DNA from: Candidatus Xenobia bacterium
GTDB lineage: Bacteria; Vulcanimicrobiota; Xenobia; Xenobiales; QWHO01
Assembly (NCBI GenBank): GCA_045863235.1
Contig: BTUM01000023.1
Location: forward strand, 1 to 64,000
DNA length: 64,000 nt
Reading direction: 5' to 3'
Below the pieces are notes generated by a model, which was not told the DNA's origin, made no database searches, and was given only the letters and a program-made list of their open reading frames with translations. Positions within the stretch are counted from its first letter, which is position 1. Each line of letters starts with the position of its first letter. Both the position numbers and the translations under genes were made by a program. Shown here piece by piece: positions 36,690 to 46,557 of this stretch.

Positions 36690-38363
36690 ATGTACAGAGA
36701 AATACTCATCAGCATCGACGAGCGGGAGGGCCGTGGCGCCGTCCTGGAAGACGGCTCGGTGGTGGAAATCCTGATCGCCCGGGAAGAGCGGCAGGTCGGC
36801 AGCATCTACAAAGCTCGGGTAGCCAACGTGCTGCCCGGGATGAACGCCGCGTTCGTTGACATCGGGGTCGAGCGCAACGCCTTCCTGTGCGCCGACGACG
36901 CGGTGGCCCACCTGGGCGAAGAGGCCGATGAGAGCATGAAGAACATCTCCATCGCCGACGTGCTCAAAGTCAATCAAGAGACGCTGGTGCAGGTGGTCAA
37001 GGAGGCGGTGGGCACCAAAGGAGCCCGGGTGACCACCTACGTCACCCTGCCGGGCCGCTACGTGGTCTTGATCCCGTCGGCCCAGTACGTGGGCATCTCG
37101 CGGCGGGTGGAGAGCGATGCCGAGCGAAACCGCCTGCGGGTGCTGGCCGACAAGCTGCGCCCTGAGGGAATGGGCCTCATCGTGCGCACGGCCGCCTCGG
37201 GCCGCACCGAGGAAGAGCTGCAACGCGACGTCGACTTCCTGGTCCGCTCCTGGAACAAGGTTCAGGGGGTAGCCCGCCGCCGCAGGGCTCCCGCCCTGGT
37301 GCATCAGGAGTTGGCCCTGGTGGACAAGATCCTGCGCGACGTGTTCACCGCCGACGTGCACCGCTTGATCATCGACAATCCTTCGCACTTTGCCAAAATT
37401 CGCGAGAAGCTCGAGCAGACGGCGCCCAACCTGGTCAACCGGGTGCACCTTTACACCGACACCAGGCCATTGTTCGAGTTCCACTCCGTCGAGAGCGAGA
37501 TCGACAAAGCCCTGAAGCGCAAGGTCTGGCTCGATTCGGGCGGTTACCTGATCGTGGAGCGCACCGAGGCCCTCTGGGTCATCGACGTGAACACCGGCAA
37601 GTTTACCGGCAAGACCAGCCTGGCCGACACCATCTTGAAGACCAATCTCGAGGCCTGTCGCGAGATTTGCCGGCAGCTCCGGTTGCGCGACATGGGGGGC
37701 ATCATCATCGTCGACTTCATCGACATGGATGCCCAGCAGGATCGCCGCAAAGTGCTCGAGACCCTCACCGAGGACCTCAAGAAGGATCGCACCCGCACCC
37801 ACCTCGTGGGCATGACCGAGCTGGGTCTGGTGCAGCTCACCCGCAAGCGCGAGGGCAAGGATCTCGACTCGGTGATGCGCGAGTCGTGCAGCTACTGCTC
37901 GGGCCGGGGGAGGGTGCTCTCGGTGGAGACGGTGGCCCTGCGGGCTCGCCGCGAGCTGTTGCGCCAGGCCCAGCAGAGTCGCAACGAGGCGATGCTGGTG
38001 ACGGTTCACCCACGGGTGGGCGTGTCGCTGGTGGGCTATGACGGCGAGGAGATCGAAGGCCTGGAGCGGGATACCGGCAAATCGGTCTACGTGCGGGTCG
38101 ATCGCGACTTCCACCTCGAGCACTTCGAGATTGCCTCGGGCCGCTCCGACGACCTGAAGCAGAAGCTGGTGCCCCTGACTCAGGGCCGCAAGGCGAGGGT
38201 CCGGCTGGAAGACAACTTTGGCGTCAATCTCCAGAGCGCCCTGGCGGTCATCGAGGGCAACCTGATCGAGGTGGTCAGCGGGGGAGACAAGCTCGGCAAG
38301 CAGGTGGAGGTGCGCGTCACGTCCAGCGGGCGGGCCTTCTATCGGGCTGAAGTGGTCGCCTGA
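36690..38363 (+). CDS. rng: ribonuclease E/G family protein
   Basis: GSIYKARVANVLPGMNAAFVDIG, IDVNTG, GGIIIVDFIDM, CSYCSGRG. Confidence 0.92.
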   Translation: MYREILISIDEREGRGAVLEDGSVVEILIAREERQVGSIYKARVANVLPGMNAAFVDIGVERNAFLCADDAVAHLGEEADESMKNISIADVLKVNQETLVQVVKEAVGTKGARVTTYVTLPGRYVVLIPSAQYVGISRRVESDAERNRLRVLADKLRPEGMGLIVRTAASGRTEEELQRDVDFLVRSWNKVQGVARRRRAPALVHQELALVDKILRDVFTADVHRLIIDNPSHFAKIREKLEQTAPNLVNRVHLYTDTRPLFEFHSVESEIDKALKRKVWLDSGGYLIVERTEALWVIDVNTGKFTGKTSLADTILKTNLEACREICRQLRLRDMGGIIIVDFIDMDAQQDRRKVLETLTEDLKKDRTRTHLVGMTELGLVQLTRKREGKDLDSVMRESCSYCSGRGRVLSVETVALRARRELLRQAQQSRNEAMLVTVHPRVGVSLVGYDGEEIEGLERDTGKSVYVRVDRDFHLEHFEIASGRSDDLKQKLVPLTQGRKARVRLEDNFGVNLQSALAVIEGNLIEVVSGGDKLGKQVEVRVTSSGRAFYRAEVVA

Positions 38364-38488
38364 CCGGCCAAAAGAGGAGTTCTTTCAAACCGGGAGCGAA
38401 CTGCTTCTTTTGCGCCTATGCTAGCGGGAGAAGGTAGAGCAAGCGGAAGGAACGGGGCCTGGTCTGGCCTCGATTCGCCCATCGTTTC

Positions 38489-39397
38489 GTGAAATTGAGA
38501 TTCTGGGGCGTACGCGGGTCTTGTCCTGTTGCCCGCCCCCATGTGCGTCTGTTCGGCGGGAATACCGCTTGCGTCCAACTGACTTCGGGCGGTCACCAGT
38601 TGATCATCGACGCCGGTACGGGCATTCGTCGGTTGGGTCAGCAGCTCGTGCAGACCGCCAACGGGGGAAGCAACCATCTCACCTTATTGATCAGCCATCA
38701 CCACTGGGACCACATTCAGGGTTTTCCCCACTTCGCTCCGGCCAATGACGAGCGCTTCACCGTCCACCTCTACAGCCTGCGCCGGCCCGATGCAGGCCTG
38801 CGTGAGCTCTTGAGCGGCCAGCAAGAGCTTCCCTTCAGCTCGATCCCCCTCGATTCGCTTCGTTCGCGCCTGGAGTTCTCCGAGCTCGAGGACAACGACC
38901 TGCTCGAGGTGGGACCCTTCAAAGTGCGCAACTACCGCCTCAATCATCCGGGGATCACGTGCGGCTACCGCGTCGAAGCCGATGGCGGGGTGGTCGCCTA
39001 CATCTCCGACGTGGCCCCCTCGCGCGATATGCTTCTGGCCGAGGGCCTGCCTGACCGCCGGGAGAGCTACTGGTTGCGCGAGCTGTATGAGAACCAGCTC
39101 AAGCTGGCCAACCAGGCCGACCTTGTCATCTACGACACCTTTTTTACGCCTGAATGGTACTACCAGCGCAAGCACTGGGGCCACTCGACCCTGGAGGACG
39201 GGGTGGAAGTCTGTCGTTACGCCTCGGCCCGCCACCTCTTCATGTTTCACCACAACCCCGAGCGCACCGACCAGGAGCTGGCCTGTCTGGTGTTGCGCCA
39301 CCAGCGCGAGCTGGAAGAAGAGGAATTCCGTCTCCATGTCGCCCGCGAGGGGGATGTCTATCTGGTGGAGGACGGCGAGGTCAGGCTTTGCGAGTAA
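38489..39397 (+). CDS. MBL-fold metallo-hydrolase
   Basis: FWGVRGS, GGNTAC, SHHHWDHIQG, WGHS, FHHNP. Confidence 0.88.
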   Translation: MKLRFWGVRGSCPVARPHVRLFGGNTACVQLTSGGHQLIIDAGTGIRRLGQQLVQTANGGSNHLTLLISHHHWDHIQGFPHFAPANDERFTVHLYSLRRPDAGLRELLSGQQELPFSSIPLDSLRSRLEFSELEDNDLLEVGPFKVRNYRLNHPGITCGYRVEADGGVVAYISDVAPSRDMLLAEGLPDRRESYWLRELYENQLKLANQADLVIYDTFFTPEWYYQRKHWGHSTLEDGVEVCRYASARHLFMFHHNPERTDQELACLVLRHQRELEEEEFRLHVAREGDVYLVEDGEVRLCE

Positions 39398-40224
39398 CTT
39401 TCTGGGGGGTGCGCGGCTCCATCACCACCCCCGAGCCCGAATACTCCCGCTACGGGGGCAACACGCCCTGCGTGGCCGTGCTGCTCAGTGACGGCTCGGA
39501 CATCATTCTGGATGCCGGAATGGGCTTTCGCTGGATGACCATGGATCTTCTTTCCCAGGGCCCCAAGAGCACTCCGGTCACGCTGCTCCTGACCCATTGT
39601 CACTGGGACCACATCCAGGGAATCCCCTTCTCCCCGCTGATGTACGTGCCCGGCTACCGGGTCTGCATCTACGGCCGAGGCAGCCTGGGCCACAGCTTGC
39701 AGGAAAATCTGCTGCACCAGATGGAGCCTGCCTACTGCCCGGTGCCGAACTTTGTGATCCGCGAGGATGTGGGAGCTCACGTCGAGATCAGCGAGCTGGG
39801 CGACGGGGCAGTGCGCATCGGCCCTGCCCGGGTGATGGCCCGCTCGCTGCCTCGTGGAAGGCGGGACCTGTGCACGGGCTATCGCATCGAGGAGGGAGGG
39901 AGAGTGCTGGCCTATCTATCGGATGTGGAGTATCCGGAGGGTCCGGCCGCCTGCCCGGAGGCGCTGGAGCTCGCTCGCGACGCCGACCTGGTCATTCACG
40001 ATGCTCAGTATCTTCCTGCCGAGGCCGAGACGCGCACTGGGTGGGGCCACTCCACTGCGCATGACGCCATGACTCTGGCTCGCCTGAGCGGCGCGCGGAG
40101 GGTTGCCCTTTATCACCATGATCCGGCGCGCACCGACCACGAGCTCGACGTCCTCGTGGCCGGCCTCGAGTCGGCCCAGGTCCAGGTTTTCGCTGCTCGG
40201 GAAGGCCTCCAGATTGAGCTCTGA
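39388..40224 (+). CDS. MBL-fold metallo-hydrolase (paralog)
   Basis: FWGVRGS, GGNTPC, THCHWDHIQG, WGHS, YHHDP; TTG start. Confidence 0.88.
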   Translation: MRVTFWGVRGSITTPEPEYSRYGGNTPCVAVLLSDGSDIILDAGMGFRWMTMDLLSQGPKSTPVTLLLTHCHWDHIQGIPFSPLMYVPGYRVCIYGRGSLGHSLQENLLHQMEPAYCPVPNFVIREDVGAHVEISELGDGAVRIGPARVMARSLPRGRRDLCTGYRIEEGGRVLAYLSDVEYPEGPAACPEALELARDADLVIHDAQYLPAEAETRTGWGHSTAHDAMTLARLSGARRVALYHHDPARTDHELDVLVAGLESAQVQVFAAREGLQIEL

Positions 40225-40257
40225 AGGAGTTTTCTAGACGGTTTCTAACCCTTGGCC

Positions 40258-40731
40258 ATGGTCCGATTGTGGGGAGCGATTATCCTTTGCCTGCTGACAG
40301 GTTGCAGCGCTCCCACCGCCCGCCCGACCGACGGCCCCGCCGAGGTGCCCCCACCCGATCTGAGTAGCCGCCCATTCGGTCTGGCCCACACCTTCCTCGA
40401 GCTGGTCCAGAAGGATCAATTCAAGCAAGCCTACCCATATTTCTCCGATTCTGCCCGAGTGCGGGTGAGCGAGATCACCTTCGAAACCGAGCTGCGCAGC
40501 TTCCGCACGAGCCACAGCCAGGAGTTGGCCCAGGCCCGGGTCCTCACCGAGGTGATTCGCGGAGAGAAGGCGCGCGTCACGCTGGGCCGCCAGACCGAGG
40601 ACCCCGACACCGTCTGGACGCTCTTGTTTGCCCGCAAGGGCGGCAAATGGGTGATCGTATCCGCCGGTGGCGGCCCCTTCGGCCCTCACGAGCTCAGTGA
40701 GGAAGAGCGCTCGATCAGCTGGGAGCTGTAA
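40258..40731 (+). CDS. putative lipoprotein
   Basis: LLTGC lipobox. Confidence 0.65.
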   Translation: MVRLWGAIILCLLTGCSAPTARPTDGPAEVPPPDLSSRPFGLAHTFLELVQKDQFKQAYPYFSDSARVRVSEITFETELRSFRTSHSQELAQARVLTEVIRGEKARVTLGRQTEDPDTVWTLLFARKGGKWVIVSAGGGPFGPHELSEEERSISWEL

Positions 40732-41146
40732 GGCTCAGGTAGGGGGCCAACCGCTGACGGATCTCATCGGGAACGGGAACTGGCTTGAAATCGCTCCGGG
40801 TCACGCAGGCCAGCACGACCTGTCCGTCAGCCACCAGGTCGTTCTCGCGCAGCCGAAACACCTCGAAGCCCAGCGTCAGTGACTTCTCGCCGAAACGAGC
40901 CACGAAGGCTGAGACCTGGATGCGATCCTCCAGCAGAAGGGGCTTGCGAAAGTTGAAGTGGATCTGCACGCGCGGAAGCCAGATGTCCAGTCGGTCGAAG
41001 ACTTCCGAGTAGGGAAGGCCGACGGCCCGAAACATCTCCATCTCAGCGACCTCGATGAAGCGCAGGAACTGCCCGTAATAGATGATGCCGGCTCGATCGG
41101 TATCTGACCAGCGGACCTGCTCGGTGACCGTGAAACGGCCGCTCAA
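40715..41146 (-). CDS. hotdog-fold acyl-CoA thioesterase (YbgC/FcbC family)
   Basis: VRWSDTDRAGIIYY. Confidence 0.85.
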   Translation of the reverse strand: MSGRFTVTEQVRWSDTDRAGIIYYGQFLRFIEVAEMEMFRAVGLPYSEVFDRLDIWLPRVQIHFNFRKPLLLEDRIQVSAFVARFGEKSLTLGFEVFRLRENDLVADGQVVLACVTRSDFKPVPVPDEIRQRLAPYLSLTAPS

Positions 41147-41514
41147 GAGGGGGATTCGACCGTCATGGGAACGGGGGGCTCAAACTCGGTTTTGGGATCG
41201 CCTTGCGCCGTGCCTGTCTCGGATTCTTCGACAGGTTTGGGCTGCTCGGCCGGCTCCACGGGCTCGACCGGCTCGACCGGCTCGACCGGCCTGGTGGGAG
41301 GCGTGTTTGCTGGCGCCGGCGCACTCTCGCGCAGTTGTCTGGTCTGGCTGTGCACCTCGGCGACCAGGGGCTCGGACAGGCTCTGCATGGCTTTGCGGAA
41401 GGAGGACATGGCCTCGCCCACGGCCCGACCCATCTCGGGCAGGCGCTGGGGACCGAAGATCATCAGCGCCACCACGAACAGAAGGACCATCTCGCCGCTG
41501 CCGATGTTAAACAT
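41143..41514 (-). CDS. TatA/TatB family translocase subunit
   Basis: MFNIGSGEMVLLFVVALMIFGPQRLPEMGR. Confidence 0.88.
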   Translation of the reverse strand: MFNIGSGEMVLLFVVALMIFGPQRLPEMGRAVGEAMSSFRKAMQSLSEPLVAEVHSQTRQLRESAPAPANTPPTRPVEPVEPVEPVEPAEQPKPVEESETGTAQGDPKTEFEPPVPMTVESPS

Positions 41515-41556
41515 GGTGACCTGAATGGGTTCCGGTCACAGGGCCAGGATCCTCCC

Positions 41557-41766
41557 TCAAACGCGCCGGCTCAGCTCGTCCAGGGCCCGCTCGGCGCTGA
41601 GGCATTGCGAGTAGGCCTGGTCGAGCCTGGCTCGGGGGAAGGGCATGTCGAACCCCTCGAGCTCGAGGCCGTCAAGTTGTTGCACCGCCCGACGAAGGTC
41701 GGCCAGGCACTCTTGCAGCGCGTCCCGCGAGGATTGCAGTAATAGTTTGAGACTTTTGTCGGACAT
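41557..41766 (-). CDS. small helical hypothetical protein
   Basis: ORF MSDKSLKLLLQ... upstream of the tat gene. Confidence 0.45.
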   Translation of the reverse strand: MSDKSLKLLLQSSRDALQECLADLRRAVQQLDGLELEGFDMPFPRARLDQAYSQCLSAERALDELSRRV

Positions 41767-41878
41767 GGCCCGGGGGCGTTTCTGGAAGGATTTCATCCGC
41801 TCCTGTCGTCGCTGAATTGGGCCCTGAACCACCCAGGGAAGAGGAACTCTGCTCGGACTGTCGTAAAAACGCCCCCCT

Positions 41879-43516
41879 ATGAGTCAATCCACTGCTACGA
41901 CGGCCACGGCAAGCCCGGAGGCCGGGGAAGAACCCACCGTGAAGCCCAGAGTCCTGGTCAGCGACCCGCTCCCCTCCGAGGCCCTCGTCGCCCTGCGGGG
42001 CCTGGCCGAGATCGACCAGGTTCAAGGGTTGACCCCCCAGCAGCTGGCCGACAAGGTCCGTCCCTATCAGGCTCTCATCGTGCGCAGCGCTTCGCGCGTA
42101 ACTCGCGAGGTGATCGAAGCGGCCGAGAACCTGCAGGTGATCGGCCGGGCCGGAGTGGGCGTCGACAACATCGATGTGGAAGCCGCCACCCAGCGCGGCA
42201 TCCTGGTGGTCAACTCGCCCGGAGGGAATACCATCTCGGCTGCCGAGCACACGATGGCCCTGTTGCTGGCCGCCGCGCGGATGATTCCCCAGGCTCATGC
42301 CTCGTTGACGGCCGGGCAGTGGGACCGCAAGACCTTCACCGGCCTGGAGCTCTACCAGAAGACGCTGGGAGTGGTCGGGCTGGGCCGCATCGGACGCGAG
42401 GTGGCTACCCGGGCGGCCGCGTTCGCCATGCGGGTGGTGGCGTTCGATCCCTTCCTGTCGGCCGACTACGCTCGCGACCGGGGCATCGAGGCGCTGCCGC
42501 TGGATGAGCTGCTGGCCCTGAGCGACTACGTCACCATTCACGTGCCCCTTTCGCAAGAGACGCGCAACTTGCTTTCGGCCGAGCGGCTGGGCAGGATGAA
42601 GAAGGGGGCGGTGCTGGTCAACTGCGCCCGGGGCGGGATCGTGGACGAGGCGGCTCTCTATGAGGCTCTCAAGTCAGGCCAGCTGGCAGCCGCCGGCCTG
42701 GACGTCTTCGCCAGCGAGCCCCCCGAGGGCTCGCCTCTGCTCGGTTTGAAGAACATTGTGGTCACTCCCCACCTGGCTGCCTCCACCCACGAGGCCCAGA
42801 ATCGCGTGGCCATCGACGTGGCCGAGCAGATCGCCGAGGTGTTCCGGGGCAATCCGCCTCGCACGGCGGTCAATATCCCCTACCTGCGCCCGGAGGTGAT
42901 GAGCGCCCTCCGGCCGTTCCTGCAGCTGGCCGAGCAGATGGGCAAGCTGGCCGCCTCCCTGGCCCAGGGACCGGTCCGCCGGGTGCGGTTGCAGTACCGG
43001 GGCGGCCTGGCCGACTCCGAGGTCAACTACCTGACCAAAGCTGCCCTGCGGGGGATTCTCTCGGTGTCGCACTGCGAGGTGGTCAACTTTGTCAACGCCA
43101 TCCTGGTGGCCAACGAGCGCGGGATCGAGGTGGCGGAGACCACCAGCCGCACCAGCGCCACCTACAGCAACCTGATCGAGCTCGAGGTGGACTCGGAGAA
43201 GGGGACCCGGCGCCTGGCCGGGGCCGTCTTCGACGAGCAGGCGCGGGTGATCGAGCTCGATCACTACGGGATCAGCCTGGTGCCCGAGGGGATCAAGCTG
43301 ATCACATGGCAAGACGACACTCCCGGAGTGGTGGGCAAGGTGGGCACTTTGCTCGGCGATGCTGATGTCAACATCGCCGAGATGCAGGTCGGCCGTAGCA
43401 CCCGACGGGGCCGGGCGGTCATGGTGATGGCTCTGGACGAGCGGCCAGAGGACGGGGTCGTGGAGCGCATCCGAGCCCTGCAGGGGATCGAGGATGCCCG
43501 TCTGGTCGTGCTCTGA
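41879..43516 (+). CDS. serA: D-3-phosphoglycerate dehydrogenase
   Basis: RAGVGVDNID, GLGRIG, NCARGG, TPHL, C-terminal ACT domain. Confidence 0.95.
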   Translation: MSQSTATTATASPEAGEEPTVKPRVLVSDPLPSEALVALRGLAEIDQVQGLTPQQLADKVRPYQALIVRSASRVTREVIEAAENLQVIGRAGVGVDNIDVEAATQRGILVVNSPGGNTISAAEHTMALLLAAARMIPQAHASLTAGQWDRKTFTGLELYQKTLGVVGLGRIGREVATRAAAFAMRVVAFDPFLSADYARDRGIEALPLDELLALSDYVTIHVPLSQETRNLLSAERLGRMKKGAVLVNCARGGIVDEAALYEALKSGQLAAAGLDVFASEPPEGSPLLGLKNIVVTPHLAASTHEAQNRVAIDVAEQIAEVFRGNPPRTAVNIPYLRPEVMSALRPFLQLAEQMGKLAASLAQGPVRRVRLQYRGGLADSEVNYLTKAALRGILSVSHCEVVNFVNAILVANERGIEVAETTSRTSATYSNLIELEVDSEKGTRRLAGAVFDEQARVIELDHYGISLVPEGIKLITWQDDTPGVVGKVGTLLGDADVNIAEMQVGRSTRRGRAVMVMALDERPEDGVVERIRALQGIEDARLVVL

Positions 43517-43585
43517 GCTTTGTCGGGCAGGAGTTTGGGGGGCAGGAAGAGTATCTGACGTGTTCCCAAGCAAAGAGAGGCGTTT

Positions 43586-44104
43586 ATGGCAGAACTGAAG
43601 GCAAAACTTGATTATCAGCGGATCGCTGAGGCGATCAACGTGATTTTGACGGACATTTACGGCGAGTACGTCGCCATGGGCTCTCCCACCAAGCTCGGGG
43701 GCCTGCGTTTCCTGGACGTGGAGAGCTCCAAGACCTTCGCCTTCGAGAAGACCCGCGCGGTACCCGAGGAGGAGGGCAACTACCTGATCGTGTCTGCGCC
43801 GGTCAAGGACGACGCCGAGGTGCTCGAGGCGACCCTCAAGAAGGGCCCCCACGGCAAGGCGCTCAAGGAGTTTGCCGTCCGCTCGTCGAGCGACGCCGGC
43901 AAGGGCGGCAAGAAGTTCGTCGAGGTGGCGTATTTCTTGCCCACCGGCAGCTGGCTCAGCGACAAGACCGTGGCCGACTATGCCAAGAAGCACAGTCTCA
44001 TCAACGGCAACGACGTGGTGACCTGGATCCTGCGCGATCAGGTGCTTCCTCTCGCGCGCGAGGTCATGGCCAACTTCGTCGCGGTGATTCGTAACGAGAA
44101 GTAA
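43586..44104 (+). CDS. hypothetical protein
   Basis: GAGG RBS; strong codon bias. Confidence 0.75.
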   Translation: MAELKAKLDYQRIAEAINVILTDIYGEYVAMGSPTKLGGLRFLDVESSKTFAFEKTRAVPEEEGNYLIVSAPVKDDAEVLEATLKKGPHGKALKEFAVRSSSDAGKGGKKFVEVAYFLPTGSWLSDKTVADYAKKHSLINGNDVVTWILRDQVLPLAREVMANFVAVIRNEK

Positions 44105-44128
44105 GCTTCCCAGACGGGGCCGGTCGAG

Positions 44129-44731
44129 TCAGCGCATGATATCGTGCTCGGGAAAGTCCGGGCGGAACCCGGCCGCAAGGTCGGGTCGTTCTTTCTTGAC
44201 ATAATCCCACAAGAGCTTCTGCAGCCGACGACGGGCCCGGTTGAGGCGCGAGCGCACCGTGCCCACGGGTGTCTCCAGGATGTCGGCGATCTCCTGGTAC
44301 GAGAAACCCTCCACATCGCACAAGAGCAGGGGGGCTCGAAACTCGTCAGGCAGCATGTCGATGGCCGCCTTCACCTCTTCGGTCCAGTTGTGATCGAAGA
44401 AGGCCTTCTCGGGGTTGCCCTCCATCTGCAAGTCGGGGTCGTGCAGCTTGTCGTAGAGGTACCACTCCTCGGTATCGTCGAGTGAGTCCACCTGCTGCTT
44501 GGATCGGGCCTGCCAGCGATTGACGTGCAGGTTGTGCATGATGCGAAAGAGCCAGGCCTTGCAGTTGGTGCCTTCCTGATACTTGTCGAAGAAGCGCACC
44601 GCCCGCAGGTAGGTCTCTTGCAGCAGGTCCTCGGCATCGCGTTCTTGTCCGGTGAGGCGGCGTGCATAGCGAAAGAGCGCATCCATATGCACCAGGGCTT
44701 CTTTCTCGAAAGCGGCCGGGGAAACGGGCAT
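44129..44731 (-). CDS. ECF RNA polymerase sigma factor (SigR/SigH-like)
   Basis: DAEDLLQETYLRA, AWLFRI, SYQEIADILETPVGTVRSRLNRAR. Confidence 0.92.
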   Translation of the reverse strand: MPVSPAAFEKEALVHMDALFRYARRLTGQERDAEDLLQETYLRAVRFFDKYQEGTNCKAWLFRIMHNLHVNRWQARSKQQVDSLDDTEEWYLYDKLHDPDLQMEGNPEKAFFDHNWTEEVKAAIDMLPDEFRAPLLLCDVEGFSYQEIADILETPVGTVRSRLNRARRRLQKLLWDYVKKERPDLAAGFRPDFPEHDIMR

Positions 44732-44819
44732 AAATCCGCCGGCAGTTTTCCGATGAGAGGATGAATCCTGCTATCCTGCGACGGCGCGACCAGCTTGCTG
44801 ACGAAATTCCCGCCGAGCT

Positions 44820-45824
44820 TCAGGTGAAGAAAGACTGACGCAGCTTCTCCACCAGGTGACGGACGGGCGCGGAGACCTGGGTGGCTTTGATCGGCTCGAA
44901 GGCGACCGGCTCGAGCCAGGCCTCCAGGGTCGCCCGCACCGAGGACGCCAGAGCGCGGGGATCGTAGCCCCCTTCCAGCAACCCGACCAGCCTGCCGCGC
45001 GTGCGGCCGCGCCGCGACCAGCGCTCGAGGCGGGCGGCCATCTGGCGGAATCCCTCGGTACTGACCGCCATTCCCCCGAGCGGGTCGCGCTGGTGGGCGT
45101 CATAGCCGGCTGACAGCAAGATCAGGTCGGGGTCGGTGCGCTCGAGCAAGGGATCGAGCAACTGCTCCATTGCCCACAGATACTCGGCATCCGCGCATCC
45201 GGCCGGCAGGGGCAGGTTGTAGATCGAGCCCTCGCCGGGCCCGTCGCCCCGCTCGGTGGGGTGGCCGGTGCCGGGGTAGAACGGGGACTGGTGGAACGAC
45301 ATGAAGACTGTGCCGGGGTGGCGGTAGAGGCAGTCTTGCGTGCCATTGCCGTGGTGCACGTCCCAGTCGAAGATGAGCACTCGCTCAACTCCAGCGTGGT
45401 GCGCCGCCAGCGCGATGTTGGAGTAGAGACAAAAGCCCATCGCCCGGTCGGGTGTGGCGTGGTGGCCAGGCGGGCGCAGCAACGCAAAGCCTCGATCGAG
45501 CTCCCCCACGGCCACCCGCCGGGCCAACTCGATGGCAGAGCCGGCGGCGCGCCGGGCGACCTCGGCCGAGGCGGGTGAGCAGAAAGTGTCCCCGTCCAGC
45601 CAGCCGCCGCCCCGAGCCGACACGGCTTCCAGGCGTTCGACCAGCGAAGGGGTGTGGAGCGCGGTCAGCTCCTCGTCGCTGGCCAGCCGGCTGGCGACCT
45701 TCTCGAGCGGGAGGGGAGAAGAGGCCAGCTCGGCCGCAATGGCCTTCAGTCGCCCGGGATTCTCCACATGGGCGCCCGTGTCGTGACGAAGAAAATCGTC
45801 CTCTTGCACCAGGCCGAATCGCAT
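44820..45824 (-). CDS. histone deacetylase-family amidohydrolase
   Basis: RPPGHHA, GFC, DWDVHHGNGTQ, SAGYD, LEGGY. Confidence 0.93.
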   Translation of the reverse strand: MRFGLVQEDDFLRHDTGAHVENPGRLKAIAAELASSPLPLEKVASRLASDEELTALHTPSLVERLEAVSARGGGWLDGDTFCSPASAEVARRAAGSAIELARRVAVGELDRGFALLRPPGHHATPDRAMGFCLYSNIALAAHHAGVERVLIFDWDVHHGNGTQDCLYRHPGTVFMSFHQSPFYPGTGHPTERGDGPGEGSIYNLPLPAGCADAEYLWAMEQLLDPLLERTDPDLILLSAGYDAHQRDPLGGMAVSTEGFRQMAARLERWSRRGRTRGRLVGLLEGGYDPRALASSVRATLEAWLEPVAFEPIKATQVSAPVRHLVEKLRQSFFT

Positions 45825-45859
45825 CTCGGGCCCTTTGCCGGGGGGCTGTCGCTCCCCTC

Positions 45860-46051
45860 TCAGGCGGCGTAGTTGGAGACCAGGCTGACCAGGAAGTCCT
45901 CGAAGTGTGGCTGTGCGGGCTCCGCCCGCACGGATCGGGCCTGCTTGAGCTCGGGACGCACGGCTTCGGGGCGGGTGGGCTCGGTTTTCGGGCCGGCTTC
46001 GCCCCGGGAGATCCGCTCGGCCACTTTGATGAGGAGTCTTTGTTTGATCAT
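45860..46051 (-). CDS. small hypothetical protein
   Basis: 63-aa ORF co-oriented with the deacetylase gene. Confidence 0.4.
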   Translation of the reverse strand: MIKQRLLIKVAERISRGEAGPKTEPTRPEAVRPELKQARSVRAEPAQPHFEDFLVSLVSNYAA

Positions 46052-46167
46052 CGCACTGGGAAGAACCGTGGACGGACCGGGAAAGTTGTTTCGTTTTTGT
46101 TACGTGTTTTGGATCACAGCGTTAACATGGCAAGCTGGATTAAGGTGGTCGTGGAGGAGATGCAACA

Positions 46168-46290
46168 ATGCACACACACGGAGTTCCACTTCCCTGGCGC
46201 GCATCGCCGCGACGCTGGAGGGTCTATCTGGCCGGCGCCCTGGTGGCTGCCGGCGGGGCGCTGACGCAGCTCCTTCTCGGCCTCTCCTGA
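46168..46290 (+). CDS. 40-aa hydrophobic small protein (not in ORF track)
   Basis: GGAGG at 46153; MHTHGVPLPWRASPRRWRVYLAGALVAAGGALTQLLLGLS*; terminator follows. Confidence 0.5.
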   Translation: MHTHGVPLPWRASPRRWRVYLAGALVAAGGALTQLLLGLS

Positions 46291-46322
46291 CGCAGCAAAC
46301 CTACGTCGGAGTTTAACATAGC

Positions 46323-46357
46323 TGAGCCGGAGGCGGCCGCCTCCGGCTCACATTTTT
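46323..46357 (+). terminator. intrinsic terminator
   Basis: Perfect 28-bp palindrome tgagccggaggcggccgcctccggctca followed by CATTTTT. Confidence 0.65.
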
Positions 46358-46557
46358 CCGCCACCGCTGCTCAAAGCTGCCGCGCGACTGGCTCGCATAG
46401 ACAAAAATTGCGCTCCCCAACGCAGTCCTTGAGCTTTCCGGCTGCGCCACGCCGGACTTTCAGCATCCTGCGCTCAACAGATTGTGCAGCAGGCTGATGC
46501 CGGTCTTGCATCAGCCTTCTAGGAGCCTGGCGCGGATGCGGTGAAGATTCTCCCCGG

